Positions 63,670 through 64,000 of a DNA stretch of 64,000 nucleotides are shown here, one piece after another. How positions within the stretch are numbered: the stretch's first letter is position 1; each line of letters begins with the position of its first letter. A program made the translations under genes and the position numbers. Origin of the DNA: Paragordius varius. Its lineage: Eukaryota; Animalia; Nematomorpha. The notes beneath the pieces were generated by a model, which saw nothing but the letters and a program-made list of their open reading frames with translations, ran no database searches and had not been told where the DNA came from. The stretch lies in the NCBI GenBank assembly GCA_964247055.1, contig OZ176052.1:496001-560000 (forward strand), in the 5' to 3' direction.

Positions 63670-64000
63670 TCATAGGGCATTTATGGAATTTAGATCGAGT
63701 CTATTCATATGTTGGCTATTTAAATTATTTACAGAAAAAGGTCCATTTTTTCCAACTAAAAGGGCATTAGGCCCAAAACTATTGTTGAAAGGGTCAACAA
63801 CAGACTGTTGTTTTGAGTTAGCAGAAAACGAAAAATCTGTACGGACTGAACACTTCTTAGCAGTCGACATGGCAGATTTTGTGGTTGGGTTTAATGGTAA
63901 TAAACTTATATTGCTGTTACCATCCTTTGTTTTTATCATGGATGAGTAGTAAATACTACTTTTGTATTCTTGAGGATTCAATACATATTTCCATATTATA
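63670..64000 (-). CDS. Probable terminal exon of an unidentified host gene (Ser/Asn-rich), open to the window edge
   Basis: More than 100 codons without a stop and with higher GC than the flanks; no recognisable domain and no ATG in the window portion preceding it. Confidence 0.4.
   Translation of the reverse strand, partial: IIWKYVLNPQEYKSSIYYSSMIKTKDGNSNISLLPLNPTTKSAMSTAKKCSVRTDFSFSANSKQQSVVDPFNNSFGPNALLVGKNGPFSVNNLNSQHMNRLDLNSINAL

Overview
Very AT-rich eukaryotic (metazoan) genomic DNA with two compartments. The first (~1-34 kb) is a U2 snRNA locus degraded by restriction-like-endonuclease non-LTR retrotransposons. It holds one intact U2 gene (30792-30980, minus strand) and six 5'-less U2 copies that all start at about the same nucleotide (nt 40, TCTGTTCTT); each lies downstream of the 3' end of a decayed R2/NeSL-type element, which is the signature of Utopia. 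Six of the eight element copies form three head-to-head inverted pairs, with U2 3' halves pointing outwards where they survive. Gypsy integrase and hAT (Buster/Charlie) transposase remnants, many MITEs and inverted duplications are interspersed. The second compartment (~35-64 kb) carries intron-split host genes, assembled here by hand: a PRD-class Q50 homeobox gene, a divergent Myc/Mad-type bHLH gene absent from the ORF track, a kinase-less PKD-like tandem C1 gene, HIRIP3-like, MDH1 head-to-head with COX5B, and syntaxin-7/12. Several introns are only 24-38 nt long. This part also has a non-autonomous Helitron, a minimal type I hammerhead ribozyme motif and a BovB-like RTE remnant. All calls come from manual reading and translation; no database searches were run, and identities are by-eye estimates.
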